A model generated the notes under the pieces. It made no database searches. It was not told the origin of the DNA and saw only the letters and a program-made list of their open reading frames with translations. A stretch of DNA of 64,000 bases from Octopus sinensis (lineage: Eukaryota): positions 116,932,001 through 116,996,000 of the forward strand of contig NC_042997.1 of NCBI RefSeq assembly GCF_006345805.1, in the 5' to 3' direction. The position numbers and the translations under genes are program-made. How positions within the stretch are numbered: the first letter of the stretch is position 1; each line of letters begins with the position of its first letter. Positions 63,119-64,000 of the stretch are shown here, one piece after another.

Positions 63119-64000
63119 ACACACACACACACACACACATTAATCGTATCATTTCAAAGGGAAATTGAAATTAATTAAAATTTTCATTTCCAATGGCCTA
63201 ACGTGTAAAAATTTAGTCTCAAAAGACTATGAATTAGTCATAAAATACAGTGTACATTTAAACACATGGGGTATCCTCTAGTGGGTTTCAACACGCTAGA
63301 AAGAACAGCTAACTTCTATAACCACAAAATTATATATAAATATATAAGAGAGTGAGAGGTAATGGTGTCAGTAAGATCCAAAGGTGTCAGGTAATGCTGA
63401 GTAAGTGCTATAAGTAGACCACAGGTAAGCTCCAGGTTCGGTAATTATGCGAAGAGTCCGACGTAGGTCATATATCAGCGTTTTAGTCCGAGAAGATATA
63501 GCGTCAATAACTTTAGTAGGGAATCATAGACTGAGAAGGTTGCGTAGCTGGTGTTCAGATCTTACTCATATAAACTGATGTCAGTAAATTGAATATGATG
63601 TGAGAATGATGGGTGATGGGATGTGTTGCTCTGTAGCCATAGATCTTGGACATACTGTAGGGTAATCTATTAATATTTGTCAATTGCCAAGCTGATGTCG
63701 GCTATTGTACCAGAAATACGCATCCACGACTATCCTCTTATCTCCAGATAAAAAGCCTCTCCTTTTCCTTGATAACATATCAATCTTGGATAATACTAGA
63801 TTCTTGAGATTGTCTCCCATTCTCACTTGGAGCTGGTTTTAATTGCCGTTTAGCAATAGTGATGCATCTTCAAGAGCGGAGATAATTTTATTAAATCAAG
63901 AAATTATGCTGCATTTTTCATAAACCTGTATTTGTCCATGCCATTTAATACAAGGTTGAATAAACTATGCAGTAAACACCACAGAAGAATGAGAGTCCAG

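Noticed and set aside
63340-64000. Higher-complexity segment that might be a decayed TE ORF
   Set aside because: Multiple stops and no motif recognised.

Overview
AT-rich, repeat-dominated eukaryotic DNA. It is most consistent with a coleoid cephalopod (Octopus-like) genome, inferred from its tRNA-headed SINE families and abundant TA/CA/AAT microsatellites. No host protein-coding gene could be supported, and most predicted ORFs are microsatellite artefacts. Two long ORFs are credible: an intact DD34D mariner transposase in a complete TA-flanked element (19185-20477), and a gag-like ORF1 with a CCHC knuckle and no ORF2 (42863-43903, minus). Decayed coding remnants include Tc1, a Helitron helicase, a CR1-group LINE 3' end, a Chapaev-like transposase and a Penelope GIY-YIG endonuclease. 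Non-autonomous elements include Helitrons, a Helentron-type element, MITEs and three SINE families (my labels SINE-A, -B, -C). The main signals for follow-up are: (1) a 184-bp SINE-B module that appears to be added at a fixed site inside older SINE-B copies and whose tail resembles the 3' end of the ORF1-only element; (2) several Penelope-type minimal hammerhead ribozyme motifs, some in foldback hairpins; (3) a LINE/SINE shared 3' stem-loop with compensatory changes; and (4) unusual insertion junctions (a triple TSD, divergent SINE pairs, and a SINE with captured local DNA). All alignments, folds and mismatch counts were made by eye.
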